Part shown: piece after piece, positions 50,437 to 64,000 of the stretch
Layout: each line of letters starts with the position of its first letter
Position numbering within the stretch: the stretch's first letter is position 1
NCBI RefSeq assembly: GCF_036321535.1
Contig: NC_087436.1
Span: 11,966,001 to 12,030,000, forward strand
Origin: Camelus dromedarius
Lineage: Eukaryota
DNA: 64,000 nt
Reading direction: 5' to 3'
Position numbers and translations under genes: made by a program
Notes under the pieces: model-generated
What the model saw: only the letters and a program-made list of their open reading frames with translations
What the model was told of the DNA's origin: nothing
Database searches by the model: none

Positions 50437-52564
50437 CTCATTGATATTTTAAAAGTCACTATTTAATTCTGAACTGAAAGCAAACTATTCCATATATGAT
50501 TATCATTATAGTAGCAAAAATTACCGTGCATATTGTGCTGGGGGACCTGCTGGTCCTGACCGTGTAAGGCCTCCCCTCGAAGGAGACGAGAAGCCACTGA
50601 AAAGCTTCAGTGAGCGAGTCAAGTGTTGTTATAGGCAAAAGTCAAGTGTGCTTCTTTGCCATCTGGGAGCGTCTATGTTTGGTCTTTTTCTGAGAACACA
50701 TCATTAAATAGTTAAATATTCATCATGTCCATTGATTTCATTTAATAGTTAGGACTTTGTATTGTCTCATCGGAGACTTGATTTCAGCATTTTCCCAGGA
50801 ATTATTCAGAAGGAGTCATGAAGAAAGCAGATATTTTCATTCAAAGTAAAGCAGAGAGTTGAAGAGACCTGGTAATTCAGAAAGAGTTGGTTATTTCAGT
50901 GCCGAACCCTAGGGCTTGTAACAATTAGCAAAATCTAACATCTGAATGAATCAATCACAGCTCTGTTTTCCTCTTGCAGGAAAGGCAGGGAGACCTTAAT
51001 GAGTCTCTGGGTATAAATGAGGTAACTATTCCGGTTTATTTTTTTCCCAGCCCTCAGTCTTTTCTTCAACCTTTCATTAGAGGTTTTGAGTCTTTCCACT
51101 GTATAATTTCTCTCAGATAATGGGCAAAGAAGAGGGAAAAAGGCATAAAATCAATCAAATTGTCAGGAGGCTTGCTAAGTCAGAGAAAAAAAAAGTTTTC
51201 ATCTATTTTTTGTGACAAATTGGATTATATATCTGACAATAATGCTGTTAGCATTTTAATTCCATATGATTATATGAATGAGCTCCTTCAGGGCACCGAC
51301 CACACAAACCAAATTCTGTTTCTCCACTCTTCCCACACAGGCTTGCTTTCTGCCCGGCGCATGGAAATGATTTCATAAACGCTTTCTGAGTTAAATGAGG
51401 TTTTGCCATCCCTGGTCTTGTAGCTCGTTCAAGGGCGCAGCTGCCAGTCGAGGTGCTGCAGAAGACAGTGGCTGGAGCCCTTGAGGAATAAGATTTTGAA
51501 AGTGTGTTTTCCTCTCAATACAATGTTCATGACCTGAGTTCCTGAGGACTAAGGGGTGGTTGCCTTTGAATGCTTCAGCACACTAAGGAGAGAAAGTAGA
51601 GGGTTAGTAATTCTAAGAATCTACAGATCCCAGTTGGGGGACTGGGAACCAGCAGGCTTGAGAGAGTCGATGCACAGATAACAGATGTATTTTTCATGAA
51701 TAACAAAATATTTTGATAATAAGGAAATTTCACATTAAAAATCTGGAATTTTTTACTTCTCTTGGAGTTTAGTCGATTGGACAATCCTTGGCAATAATGC
51801 TTTGGAGCTGAAGAGAGGCTGGTCTCTTGCTGCAACCGCAGTTCTCTGGTCTAATATGTGAACTTGTACTGTTTTATTTTGGGCCTTTAGATATTTGGGT
51901 TTGTAACTGCTCCTCCACCCCCGCTGTAGAGGCTTAACATTTAGAGTTAACCAGGACAAATTGGATATTTTTTGGCATTTGAAAACCTTTGCAAAGACCT
52001 TTCGGTGAATTAAATTTGTACTTTCTTAGAACCCCCATCAGGAACTCCATGCATATCCTGAGGTTCTACCAACACCCGTTCCAAACAGTGAACTTGGACT
52101 CTCACGTAGGAGCATTTGGTAAATGGCCCTCCTGACAGTGAATCCCAAAATACGTGGGGTCTGTCTTTTTATCGCTTGTAGCCTCAAAGATCTGATCCAC
52201 GGTGTCAGCGGATGTCACGAGGGTTACAAGTGTGATGGGGTGCAGGCTGATGCTTCCCTCGGCCATCCTGACCAACAGCAAGGCTATGCTGGCCTTTATA
52301 TCCCACATTCAAGTAAATTTTCAAAAATGGCAAAATTATTTTTATGCTTGCTTTAATTGTGGACTTAACATTTGAACCTCTCTTGTGAGTGAGCCCAGAG
52401 ATCTATGGAATATACTAATTTATAATTATGTGGAGTCTAGTCTTTGGAGACTGGAAGACATTAATCACTTTACTAATTAATGAGCCTTACCAGCCACACA
52501 TACGCATGTCGCCATGTGGCATTATTGTCCCATTTTTATTTTTATCTATGTGTTTTATGGTGGT

Positions 52565-52589
52565 ATATATATATATATATATATATATA
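52565..52589. repeat. (TA)n microsatellite
   Basis: Directly visible. Confidence 0.95.
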
Positions 52590-54456
52590 GTTGTCTCTGA
52601 ATAGGAAAATGTCATGGGTTTATTCTAATAAAACTAAGCAATTTAAGTAGACCCTCAGTTTACCTCAAGTGCAGATTTCAAATATTTTTTCCAGATTTGG
52701 GAATCATTTCCAGTAATAAATTACATGGCATGTTGGCAGGAACCTTTCTCTAGGCTCTGTCTTTAATTTTGGCAGTTGCTAGTATATTTATTTCACTCCT
52801 TCACAGGCCTGCTTCTCTAAGCTTAGTAATATTTTTATGCAGAGTCACAGAAGCCCTATGTCACTCGTCCCAGTGATGTATGTGAACTGAGAAGACGGCT
52901 TGTCTTACAAATTCTGAGAAAAGTGCTTCATGCCGAACCTCTTAACGGTGGCCTCTTCTCAGAGGATAACTCAAATCTAGTTTTTTCATGTAGGTTCATT
53001 GCCAAAGTTTAAATATCTATAACTTTAAATGAAGTAGGAATCATAGTTTTGAAGTCCCAAAGCGTAAAAGCATAAGGTCTAAAATTAATAATAAACTACA
53101 TGCTTCTACAGATACAACAGGTGTGTGGAAGACCTGTGCTACCTATTTGACAAGGAGAAGCAAAAATTAAATGTCCAACACGCAGGCTTACTTTTCCATT
53201 TGCAAAAGGAGGCAGGCTAATTTATTAATTTAATCTATGTAGAGATATGGGTGGCAATGGCTTGAGGGGAAAGTAAAGAGGCAGGCCAAAAAAAAAAAAA
53301 AAAAAAAAAAAAGCAGAGGAGACCAAAAACAAGCATCAGAGCAGAAATAGCTCAATGCCTGATGAATAACCAATTCCAAGAAGTCACTGACTAATGAGCT
53401 GAGTGAGCCCAGAAGTCCGGAGTCCCTGCGGAGCAGTGTCACACCATGGTGGCCACAGGAATGGCGAGAGCAAGAGCAAGAAACAATAAAAACACATGCA
53501 AACAGCATCAAAAGTAGGACAAAGGATTTGAGACAGTTCGTTTTCCCAGCCTCAACTGTCTTACTCTCTTAGGTTGGTGTCAGTTCTGGTGAAATTTGAC
53601 AGCGAGAGCACAGGAGAAGGTACCGGGAGCCAACTGGACGATAATGCAGGGAAATCCCTGTTCTCGGAAGCATCTTTCTAACAGTTCAGAGAAGGAAGTA
53701 CAAACTTACTGTCATTCCTGAATTCCTCCCTTAAGTCAGGCTTATTTCTTGACTACACGGTAACTTATTTCTTTATCTTTTGGCCAATAGTCAAGAATCT
53801 TTCTTTCAGTTATAGAGAAGCATCCACGAGGATGTGGAATGGGAATCAAGGAGCCAAAGGAGGACGGACAAAGGTTGTGGGGCCACAGGCCACCCCTCAC
53901 CGTCACTAGACCAGCCCCAATGCCCCATCCCATTCCCAAAGCATCACCTGCCCTGATCCCAGATCCCAAAGGACCCCCGGCCCCACATGAAGCAAGCCTT
54001 TGGGAAGAATGGGTTTCTTGTCTTTCACACAACCCTAGCTATAATCCAATCATCTCCCCAGCTCTTCTCATTCCCTCTTCTCATTCCCTTAGCTTTCTCT
54101 GGCATCTCCCTCAAACACAGTTTAAGCTTGGAATCTTCATTTGTAAAGGATCAGCATTGGGACTTCACGAGAATAGTGTTAAGAATGATTTTAGTCTCCT
54201 CTATTGACCCAGTCCAGGGCTGCCATCTGATAACTGCCCTGAGATACTAGTACTAATCAGATGCACTGATTTTCAACACTGTGTCTGGTCCAAAACCAGA
54301 GGGAATGCCAAAGATTTAAAGCAAACGTCTCTACTATTCAGGAAGACATCATCGTCTGCTTAGGAACTCTTGACCCAGTCTGGTAAGTACCACTATCTTT
54401 TCATGAAGCACCTGTCAATTAGTTACCTCCCTCTGGGCATAATAAGCTAATGTAGA

Positions 54457-54752
54457 ACAGTTCTGTCTGACAGAAATATAATGAGGGGCACAAAGAGGAA
54501 TCACACGTGCAATTTCAAATTTTCTATACCCATGTTAAAAAATTCTAAAAAAGGTGAAATTAATTTTCATAACAAAATATGATTTCAAAATACAATCAAT
54601 ATAAAATTATTAATGAAATCTCTTACATTATTATTTTGTGTGTGTCCTAAGTTTTCTAAATCCACTGTGTAGTTTTTGCTTATAGCAAGTTTCCATGTGA
54701 AGGAGTTATCTTCCAAAAGCTTGATAATTCTACTGTGTCAGAACGGGCGGCT
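54457..54752 (+). mobile_element. MER33 (hAT-Charlie)
   Basis: ctgtctgacagaaatataatgag...aaaaggtgaaattaattttcataa...taagttttctaaatccactgtgtag. Confidence 0.75.
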
Positions 54753-56466
54753 CTGGCCTTAAATAGAGGGGCCTGGGGAGAAGAGTTTCTCTTTCTCAGA
54801 TCTTCTGGGATTCCTTTGAGCCACACAGTTCCCTAAAACAAACTAATTGTATGTCATATATAATTTTTCTTTATGACTTAAAATATGTACTAAAGATCCT
54901 TCCACTTTTCAAAACACTGATTGTGATTGATTCTAATTTTTTGCTCTTTGCCAAATGGGGGACTGCTCTGCACCTCTGTTCATCCTCCAACACCCCCCAC
55001 ACACCCCTACACAGAGGAGAACTTACCACACACTTTAAAGGGCCACATACTTTTACCATGGTGTCAAGATCTGCTGTAGACGACTCATCAGGTTTTTCCT
55101 CAACTTAACCCGCAAAACTGAGAGGCAAGAAAAGATGAACTGTGTTCTTTCCATTTCACTGAATCTTGCTACTGCAGGGGTCAATTCATACTGGTTTGGG
55201 GCTTGAACGCCGGCTGTACTATTTACCAAGTGGTGGCCAGTATGCATCTATTCTCACTTAGAGGAAGAAAGAAAAGTGCTTGCTGTGCTTCATGACACGT
55301 GGACCAATTCCGAAGGCTGCTCAGGTTAAACTGAGGATTTGTCTTGGTTTCATGACCCGTCTTTGTGTGATAACCCCTCCATTAACATGTACACTCGGGT
55401 CTTAGTTTACTTTGGTTAATTTTTATCCATCACTGATCTTAACTCTAAGACAAACAATAATTCTCTATATAATGTTAATGTAAACGAATATGTATTTTGA
55501 AGTACTTACTGATGACTAAACATTGTTTATAATCTGCAGCGTTTTGGAAGAAGTGGCTTCTTTTCCCAAGCTGTTTTTCTAGGTCCGGAGATCGGTGCCT
55601 TAGCTCTGAGCTTTCAGGCTCCCAAGAGACAGGAACAAACAGAAAGCTGTTGTGTGTGCAAATGCCCCAGCTTTAAAACTGGGCGCCTGTCTTTAAACAG
55701 GAAATGTTTCATTCAAGAGACACGCACTCTCCTCTTGAGCCCGAATGAGCCTTCCTGGGTCAGAAAGGCCTGGAATGTTCTGTGTTGGTGAGGAGGTTGG
55801 TTCCCAGGGTCGCTAGAAGGCAGCCTACAGAACACTTGGCCGAAGTTGAATGTCTTCAAGAATGCCCTCCAATGGGACAGAGCCAACAGAAGGGTCTAAG
55901 GACTATGGGTCAGACTTTCTGGAACTCAGCAGATCTGTCTGGAATGGATGCAGAAGAGTTGAAACATCAATTTTTCTAGTTTTATATAGAAAAGTCAAAC
56001 TGACTTTATTTTAGATTGAGACGATAGTATTTGATCATTCCTCTTTTATTTCCAGAAGATGTAGAGTAACAGAAACACAGTCTGGACAGAAGAGCATCAG
56101 TAAGAAATTTAGCTGTTAGACTTTATATGAGTTCCCCCCTTTGTACAACTTCTGCAGAGGATTGCCCTGATAATCTTCTTTTCTTCTGGGCCTAGCCTGG
56201 CACCCACTACATCTTTAAGAAATATTTGATAAATTGGTAAACAAAATACCCAAATTTCTAAATTTCCATGGTGAGTACCATGAGAATAATGTTGAAGGAT
56301 ACACTTTCAGTTAATACAGGACTGAGAATATACTGGTTCAGGTAGATAGTTACCAGCTGAAAATTTGTTAAATCATTGCAATATTTTCAGAGAGGTTGGG
56401 AAACACTCTCTTCTGCCTCCACTGCTCCCATCCCCCACCCCCACCTCCCAGATCCATTCATTTAAG

Positions 56467-57012
56467 CATCAACAGATGACTGGATAAAGGAGCTGTGGTA
56501 TATTTATACAGTGGAATACTTCTAAGCCACAAAAAAGAATAAAATAATGCCATTTGCAGCAACATGGATGGACCTGGAGATCATCATTCTAAGTGAAGTA
56601 AGCCAGAAATAGAAAGAAAAATACCATATGATATCACTCATATGTGGGATGTAAAAAAAGAAAAAAGAAGACACTAATGAACTCATCTACAAAACAGAAA
56701 CAGACTCACAGACACAGTAAACAATCTTTTGGTTATTGGGGGAAAATGAGTAGGAAGGAGTAAATTTGGGAGCCTGAGATTTTCAAATGTTAGCCACTAT
56801 ACATAAAAATAGATTAAAAAATGAATTTCTTCTGTATAGCACAGGGGACTATATTCAATACCTTCTAATAATCTTCTAATAATAATAAAAAGAATATGAA
56901 AATGAATATATGTGTGTATATATATATATACGTATGACTGAAACATGCTGTATACTAGAAATTGATACATTGTAACTGACTTTACTTCAAATTAAAAAAA
57001 AAAAAAAGAAAA
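56467..57012 (+). mobile_element. 5'-truncated L1 (end of ORF2, 3' UTR, poly(A))
   Basis: catcaacagatgactggataaagg...ccatttgcagcaacatggatggacctggag...gtaactgactttacttcaaattaaaaaaaa. Confidence 0.92.
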
Positions 57013-57914
57013 GAATGAAGGCCTGGTGCAGCAGGGGGTCTACACTGGCCATTGCTTCTAATTGGGCAGGTCTGGCTGGCAGTGCCTGGACCAAAATATT
57101 TTGAACGTACTCCTCAAGTGTGTACGGGAAAAAACCCTTCGGGAAAGCATATGATGTTAAGTGTCAAGATACATTTATTCTCAGTGAAAAACATTCCTGA
57201 AAGAATTTTTTGAAGGATTTTTTGTTGTTACATTTTCATAAGACTCTCAAGAGCACACTGTGAGAGAAACTAACTGAAAATAGGGACCCTTTCATAAAAA
57301 TAAATCCCATTCTGAGTTAGTTAGTATGCGCTCTTTAAAAGCTCATTTCCCTCTCTTACGATTTGTTTGGCTGTGCTGTTAAACGGTTTCTGCCTGAACC
57401 TGGCATTGCACTGGTAACATGTTCTAAACAGTGTGAGAAAAACAAATGATCAGATTTTATCAGGGGTGGGGAATATTTACAAATCCTCAATTAAATTTTC
57501 AGTGCTTAGTCACAGGGGACAAAAACAAGAAAGAATACTTGAGAGAAATCTTTGAGACAAAGAAGGTAAAATTAAAGCTGTTGGTTATGGACACGTCTGA
57601 TGCATTTTGTACACGTGTAACTCTCTATACTACATTGTGTTACAATTTACCTTGAAGTCCAAATCTTAACTTCTATTTTGTGTTTGAGGGGTAGGGAAAA
57701 TGGACAAATCATGTACAAGGTTAATAAGCCAACAAAAGAACAAAGTCAAAGGATTTTTATAACCTGATTATGTAGTTTTGAGCTCTCTCTGATTTTTCTG
57801 TTTTTTTTTTTTGAGATAAAAGTTTTTGTCTTTTTTTAATGTAAAATTCTGTAGGTAGATGTAAAAAACAGTTGTGGAAAACTCTCGTATCAAACATTTA
57901 TATTACTGTTCTTG

Positions 57915-58172
57915 TTTTTTTAAACATTTTTTATTGAGTTATAATCATTTTACAATGTTGTGTCAAATTCCAGTGTAGAGCACAGTTTTTCAGTTATGCG
58001 TGAACATACATATACTCATTGTCACATTTTTTTTTTGCTGTGAGCTATCGCAAGATCTTGTATATATCTCCCTGTGCTATGCAATGTAATCTTATTTTAT
58101 CTATTCTGCATATGCCTGTCAGTATCTACAAGTTTTGAACTCCCAGTCTGTCTCTTCCCACTCCTTCCCCCT
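57915..58172 (-). mobile_element. L1 3' terminus, same subfamily as L1 B
   Basis: Near-identical to 3515-3720 (attgagttataatcattttacaatgttgtgtcaaattccagtgtagagcac). Confidence 0.9.
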
Positions 58173-58680
58173 TTCTGATGTTTTTATATAACTAAATCAA
58201 TGAACGTTTTAAAATCCTATTTTATACCATTGCTGAGGACACATTTTATTACTGAGTATTCTTTTTTATAGAATGAAGCTTCAATAATGTGACAGAACGC
58301 TGAATTTTATTAGGCAACTAAAACTATAAAAAAAACACATGAAGTTATTTTTAGAGAATTGAGTGATGGAGGTCTTGTGAAGGTTTTATTAGCAACTGTC
58401 AGCTGAACTGGACAAGTAGTTTTGGTTAAGCATAGTAGGAAACTGATCTGTTTTATCGCAGTCAAAATGCTTTCACTAAAAGTACTGGAGTACAAACAAA
58501 GATACATCCACCACAGCTTTGCCTTGGGACAGGTCCAACCTTAGGAGTTGTATCATGAATTTCAATCCTCCAAATAAGTTTATTCAAAAGCAAAAGATAA
58601 ATAAAAATAGGGCCCCCAGTAAAGGCATGAGATCCTATGAGGTCCTTACCACGAGGAGCTGGTGTTAGGAAAGTCAGACT

Positions 58681-58712
58681 TTTTGTTTGTTTGTTTGTTT
58701 GTTTGTTTGTTT
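58681..58712. repeat. (TTTG)n microsatellite
   Basis: Directly visible. Confidence 0.9.
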
Positions 58713-59179
58713 CGTAGGACTGGTTTTCTCAGATTCAGGCTGTTTTAGGAAATGTTTTCTCCATTTGCTACACTTTTGCCAAATATTGTTCTTTCCCTTT
58801 CTTTTCAAAATCTTTCTTAGATCCTCCACTAAAAAAAAAAAAATTTCTATTAAAAATCAGTATTAATGATTCAATAAATTCTTACAGATACAACATAAAA
58901 GTTTTGGGGTATGTTAAATAAATTCTAGTATTAATATAGTGTAATATAACATTTTCATTTTTACTACCTTTTTTTTTTTTTTTTTTTACCATATGAAGAG
59001 AACATCATCTGAGAATCTGAGAAAGATATTTTGGAATTAATTACAGAACAGATTTCCATGCCAAGGATGAGGATATATGCTAGTCAGTGCCTTCTCTTTA
59101 TTTCAAAACCACTGTGTAATAGACCATAAAGTAATTTAAAATCTACCTTTAAGAATCACAGTGGAATGAGGGGCCTTAA

Positions 59180-59345
59180 TTATTAGAAATGGAAGAGATT
59201 TTCAAAGTCATCTAGTCTATGGTCTTCATTTTATGAATGAGGGAACTGAAGCTCGGAGAGGATCAAAGACTTTTATAGGATCATGCAGCTGGTTAATGAC
59301 AAAACTAAAACAGCCACCAAGGATTCCTGGTCCCCATTCTAGCCC
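59180..59345 (-). mobile_element. MIR
   Basis: cattttatgaatgagggaactgaagctcggagagg...ggattcctggtcccca. Confidence 0.6.
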
Positions 59346-59369
59346 TGTGTACATACACCACGCGGCCTC

Positions 59370-59792
59370 TTTTTTTTTTTTTTTTTTTAGTACATTTATT
59401 GTGATATGGTTCCTGTACAGTAAACTACACGTTTTCAAATGTACAACCTGATGAATTTTGATATCTGTATACACCCATGAAACCACCACCACAATCAAGA
59501 TACTGAACATTTCCATCACTCCCAAGAGGTGCAAATTCCGAATTCCTAATTTATCCTTTCCCACTCCCTTTACCCTCTGGTAATCACAAGTCTGTTCTCT
59601 ACATCTGTGAGTCTGTTTCTGTTTTGTAAATAAGTTCATTTGTGTCCTTTTTTTTTTAAGATTCCACATATAAGCAATATCATATGGTATTTTTCTCTTC
59701 CTAACTTACTTCACTTAGAATGATCATCTCTAGGTCCATCCATGTTGCTGCAAATGGCGTTATTTTATTTGCTTTTATGGTTGAGTAGTATT
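59370..59792 (-). mobile_element. Composite L1 3' sequence: L1MB-like terminus joined to a cetartiodactyl-type 3' UTR
   Basis: 59388-59528 (tatacacccatgaaaccaccaccacaatcaagatactgaacatttccatcactccc) is L1MB-like. 59530-59792 matches the 3' UTRs of the L1s at ~680-970 and ~6630-6830. Confidence 0.7.
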
Positions 59793-61669
59793 GTTTCCTC
59801 TTCTATATCAGCAAAAATGTAAATACCATTATTGAACAAAATGTAGTTTTAAAAACCACTATCCAGTATGCACATACATCCTTAAATAAGAGTGTGTCTT
59901 AGAGCACAGCAATTAATAATGTGTAGTTTTTCAACTAATTTTTTTATTAGGTAGTCTCCATCTTTCCAGAAAAATATAAATATTTTGATGAAAACCTGAA
60001 ACTTTTAAGGAAAAATCATTTGAAGACTAAACTTAGATAAATTTGAAATGGAAAAATAAGCTTTTGTCAATCTGTGAGGCACAAGATTATAGTAAACTAG
60101 ACCCCTTGGCTCCAACCACACTGGCTGGTCAGGGGACACTGCAGATCCTCTGCACCCACACGGGCAGTAGAAGGTTGATTCTTTTTGTACTAGTGCAACA
60201 CATCTATAGGAGATGTTAAATATTGGTTTGGACGTAAGGGACCCTCTGAAAGCAGATCACATGCACCCTTGTGCACTGCTCCCACAGTCAGATCAATGTC
60301 TCCCTCCTCTCTTCCAGCCTCCACGCCAGACCCTTCTGAAAATCCCTTATCTTATTGCTTTGCAAAACTCAAATCTTGTCTATCAGTCCTTGACTCTGAC
60401 AGTAATGTATACTTCATTTTCCAGGTAGAGAAAGTCTGAGTCATAAAAATCAATAACTTTACAAAGTAGATATTAATTAACAGTAACTTGGAAATGATCC
60501 AAAAGAGAAGCAAAGCTATTTTCACCATTAGTAAATCCAAGTGAATCATAAAACTTTCAGCGGTGTTTGGATCAAAGGAGAGACTGCTTTCTCCAGCTAA
60601 CTGCAGTCACATAGGGATGTAAGATAATTTTGCCATATGAAAGTTCTTAACATCTTTTATATTTTTGTTATGTATTACCTTTAATTAAAATTTCTAGATA
60701 GGACTGAAATGATCAAGGTCTATTTTTTTAATCTAATTATACATTAAGAAAAAACATTTCTCTCCAAAATATCAAAAGCCAAGTGTGTTAACTTCAGATA
60801 TTCCAAACTCGAAAATATTTCAAGGCACTTACTTTTTCTATTTAACTCTCATGGTAAGCTAATGTATGCTTAAAGTATTCTTATCTTTTAGATCACAACT
60901 TTAGTTTCTTAAAATATAAAAATTAAATTAATAGAAAGATTTCTGAGAAATGATTTCAGTGGAAGGTAAAATACACTAAAATCATTCAGGTATACATGGA
61001 AGATTTCATTGCCTGGATTAACCAGGAATTGCCTTAAAAATACACACTTTAATACATAAAATCTATTTCAGAATGCTATCCAGTTAGATTACACGTTTAT
61101 AATAGCATTGCTTTAAAAGGGAAACCAATGAATTGTTTCGTTACTCAAACTGAGCAAAAATACTGAAACAGTCTAAACAGAAAAGGTAATGAAGGAAAAT
61201 GCGTAGGTGGTGGCTGATTTATGTCTGTTTCAGTCTTTCGGCTCTTTCAGACGACATGCGGTTTAATAATTTAGTTTGAAAGCAATAATTAAACTCTTTC
61301 TCCGTGTATCCAATTTGTTTCTGACCAGCCACTCTCCTGCGTGCTACTAGGTGCCAGTTAACAAGACAGATGAGCCGAGAAACTACGAGTCTCCACACCG
61401 CCGAGGGGCAAATGCTTCCGGAGCTCACCCGCTTTACGAAAAGTGATGGAACTGCAATGCTCACTGCGGCATTTTCAGGATTTATTTCAAGAGAAGAGCA
61501 AGAAGCAAAAAAGGGCATTGGGAGCCCCTGCCACCCTCCTTCCTTACGGAATTTTATCATCAGCAATGAAGGGGCCAAGAAAAATCTGTCTTCTTTGGTT
61601 TTTCTTTGCTATCAATTTCCTCTTCTGAAATAAGGAAGTCTAAACAAAGTAGACTGGTTTTTGAAATTT

Positions 61670-61865
61670 TATATACCTATATAGTATAATATATAATATT
61701 TAACTTTGAGATGAAGTTGTATATAATACATATACACACAAACATATATATACACATATTGTATACACATAAATTTATATGTGGATAAATGCATATGTGG
61801 ATAAATTTGTATGTGGATAAATGCATACATATGATATATACACACATACACGTAATGCACATACC
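61670..61865. repeat. TA/CA low-complexity tract with three copies of (t)atgtggataaat
   Basis: Directly visible at 61779-61823. Confidence 0.85.
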
Positions 61866-64000
61866 TTCCAGTTTTAGGTGTACTTAGATGTGTAACTTAG
61901 AACAGTCAAATCCACGTTAGAGAGATGACAGAAGCTGCCAGTTTTCCTGAGGTTTCCAAGCCTACTTCAACCAGCGGAAGGACTGAACGTCACCATCATG
62001 AATGTGCAGGCTCAGGGTCAGTGGTTCCGCTGTACCAGCCACACATCTCCAAGGCCGACAATGAAAGGCCTTCCCACTAAGGCTTAGGGTGGGCCATGGC
62101 TGATTGAGGAGGCAACACAGAGTAGATTGTGATTTATGGAGAAATGGTGGTTTATGTTAAAAAAAAAAATAAATTACAGGAGAAGGCAGCAGTTTTGCCA
62201 TCTGTTTAGATGCTCACTTTGGCATTACTATAACTTTGAGGGAATAATGTTTAGTGTGACTCACCCACATACTTCTTTAGCGATTGTGTTTGAGATGCAG
62301 GATACTTGGAAAGGGGGGCGCTGGTTATTCCCACGAGGACAGGCAGCAGGAGCGGGCGGTGGTTCACAGCCTCCAGCAGGCCCCTGGGCTCTTCTCTTTC
62401 TCTGGGACCAGCTGCTTTTCAGATCCAGACATGAGCCGAGACCAACCCTTTCGGGTCAGAGATGACGGGAAGGAAGCAAGGGCCATCCTGTGATACCATC
62501 TTGAACAAAATGAAAAAAGTTGGCTGTAGGACAAGACAAGCATGTTCAAAACATGGGTTAGTGGCCTGAGTCAGCTGTGGGTGGTCTCTTAACATGCACT
62601 TCAAGGCCACCCAGAAGCCCACCTGAAAGTGTTAAAATGTATTTAGACGTTCAAGTTTCCTTTTTTTGTTCTTTGTAGGTAAGTGGTCTGAAGGTCCTTG
62701 GGCTTCTATTTTTTTATGTAACTGAAGATTAGTTACTAAAACGGAAGTGCATTTTTGATATGTGCTACCATTTGATGAGAATAAACCCAAACTAGCATGA
62801 TGCTAAAGTTTGCTAAAGACTTTAATTCCATAACCTTAACAGAATTCCAGTGGTTTAACAATGTTATCAGTCTCTTCCTGTAAAGGAGAGCTAGTAAGTG
62901 GTAAAAGTCACAACTTGAAAACACTTCTCACACTAGCAGAGGGCTACTTATAGCTCACTCAGCTGAATAAGAGGTTGGATCCCAGCACTGAGTTTCAAGC
63001 ACCTTTATAGCCTGGAGCAAGAGGTCAAATCTAAGACAAGGACATTTACTTAGGAGTAAAATTTGCAGAGCGTTAGCCATCATTTTTAAATACCAGCTGT
63101 AAAATGCAGAATTGGGTAGTCTCTGCTTTATAGTTGCTCCTGAGAAACCACATCAAAGTTTAGGAAGGACATCGATGAACTTGAGTTTGTACAGGGGAGG
63201 GTGGTGGTCGGGGAAACATGCACAGTTAAGAGAACCGGCAGGGTGCACTTCGTGCAGAAGGGATTTAGAGTAAACGAAATAGCTGTCAGAGGGATTCTTT
63301 ATTCCACAGAGCTGTGTGGCTTCATTTGCAGAAACCCAGAGATGAGATAAGTCAGGCAGCTCCATGAAAGAATCTTCGGCATCTCAGCTTCCTACTCTGA
63401 AAGAGGGTAAAATTGTGATCCTTGTGCCAGGCACAGTGAGGAAGCACTGAATTAGCATCTGAAATCCCTGAGGCAGGCAGGGGGTGCTGTGAAGTACTTC
63501 TCAGTTCTCTTTTGAATGAAGGACCACTTTTCCTAGCTGCTGGGACAGCGGCTGACAGACAGCTCTCAGCTCCTGGGAGGTTGTGGAAATGGCACATCTG
63601 GGATCAGGCACATGCAGGGCTGGGGGACACAAGAAAAGCGGCACAGGCAGGTAGCCCAAAACTCCGGGAGCCCCATGCCATCTACCATTGCTGCCCCAGT
63701 TTCTCTCCCTCCGCTCACTCCTATAGCTACCTTGCAGGGCAGGGGGTGGGGACTCACTTAACAGCAAAGGAAGTGAAGCAGAGGGCACATGACCATGAGA
63801 TTTAGTGATTGTATCCCATGCCACACCCCTAGAAGCCATCAGGCTGTCGGAATAACTAGACAACTTGTTGAAGGCACAGCTGAGGTACCACGTTGGTGCC
63901 CCACTAAAGGAATAATTCAGGATTCAGTACACACACTACCCAGTGATTGTTATACGGTGGTGTGTGCTCAGAGTATGGAATTCAGGCATAGTCCAAGTAA

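Noticed and set aside
53288..53312. Long poly(A) run as a retrocopy tail
   Set aside because: No recognisable upstream retroposed body or TSD.
61669..61862. Tyr/Ile/Cys-rich ORFs on -
   Set aside because: Translation of TA/CA simple repeats.

Overview
Mammalian genomic DNA with no recognisable intact protein-coding gene. A cetartiodactyl source is inferred from the L1 3' UTR type, and a camelid is tentatively favoured because I see no pig PRE-1, ruminant Bov-A/BovB or CHR SINEs. The window is dominated by transposable elements: L1, L2, CR1/L3, MIR, hAT/Tigger DNA fossils, an ERV-L provirus, an ERV1-derived retrocopy and a solo LTR. Four structures stand out. (1) A spliced, polyadenylated 3' cDNA fragment of the oocyte gene PADI6 sits in sense inside the ERV-L, just before its 3' LTR, with no TSD and apparently replacing ERV-L sequence; this resembles retroviral gene capture. 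(2) A 3.4-kb R-U5-gag-pro ERV1 copy lacks U3, is fused to an L1 3' end plus poly(A), and is bracketed by one TSD pair, i.e. an L1-mobilised ERV/L1 chimera. (3) Two L1s inserted in tandem at one target site, leaving three TSD copies. (4) There is a multi-layer nest of Charlie > ERV-L > L1 > L1. A few small exon-like segments on + could belong to an unidentified host gene or lncRNA. Family names come from my recall of consensus sequences, not from a search, and most boundaries are approximate.
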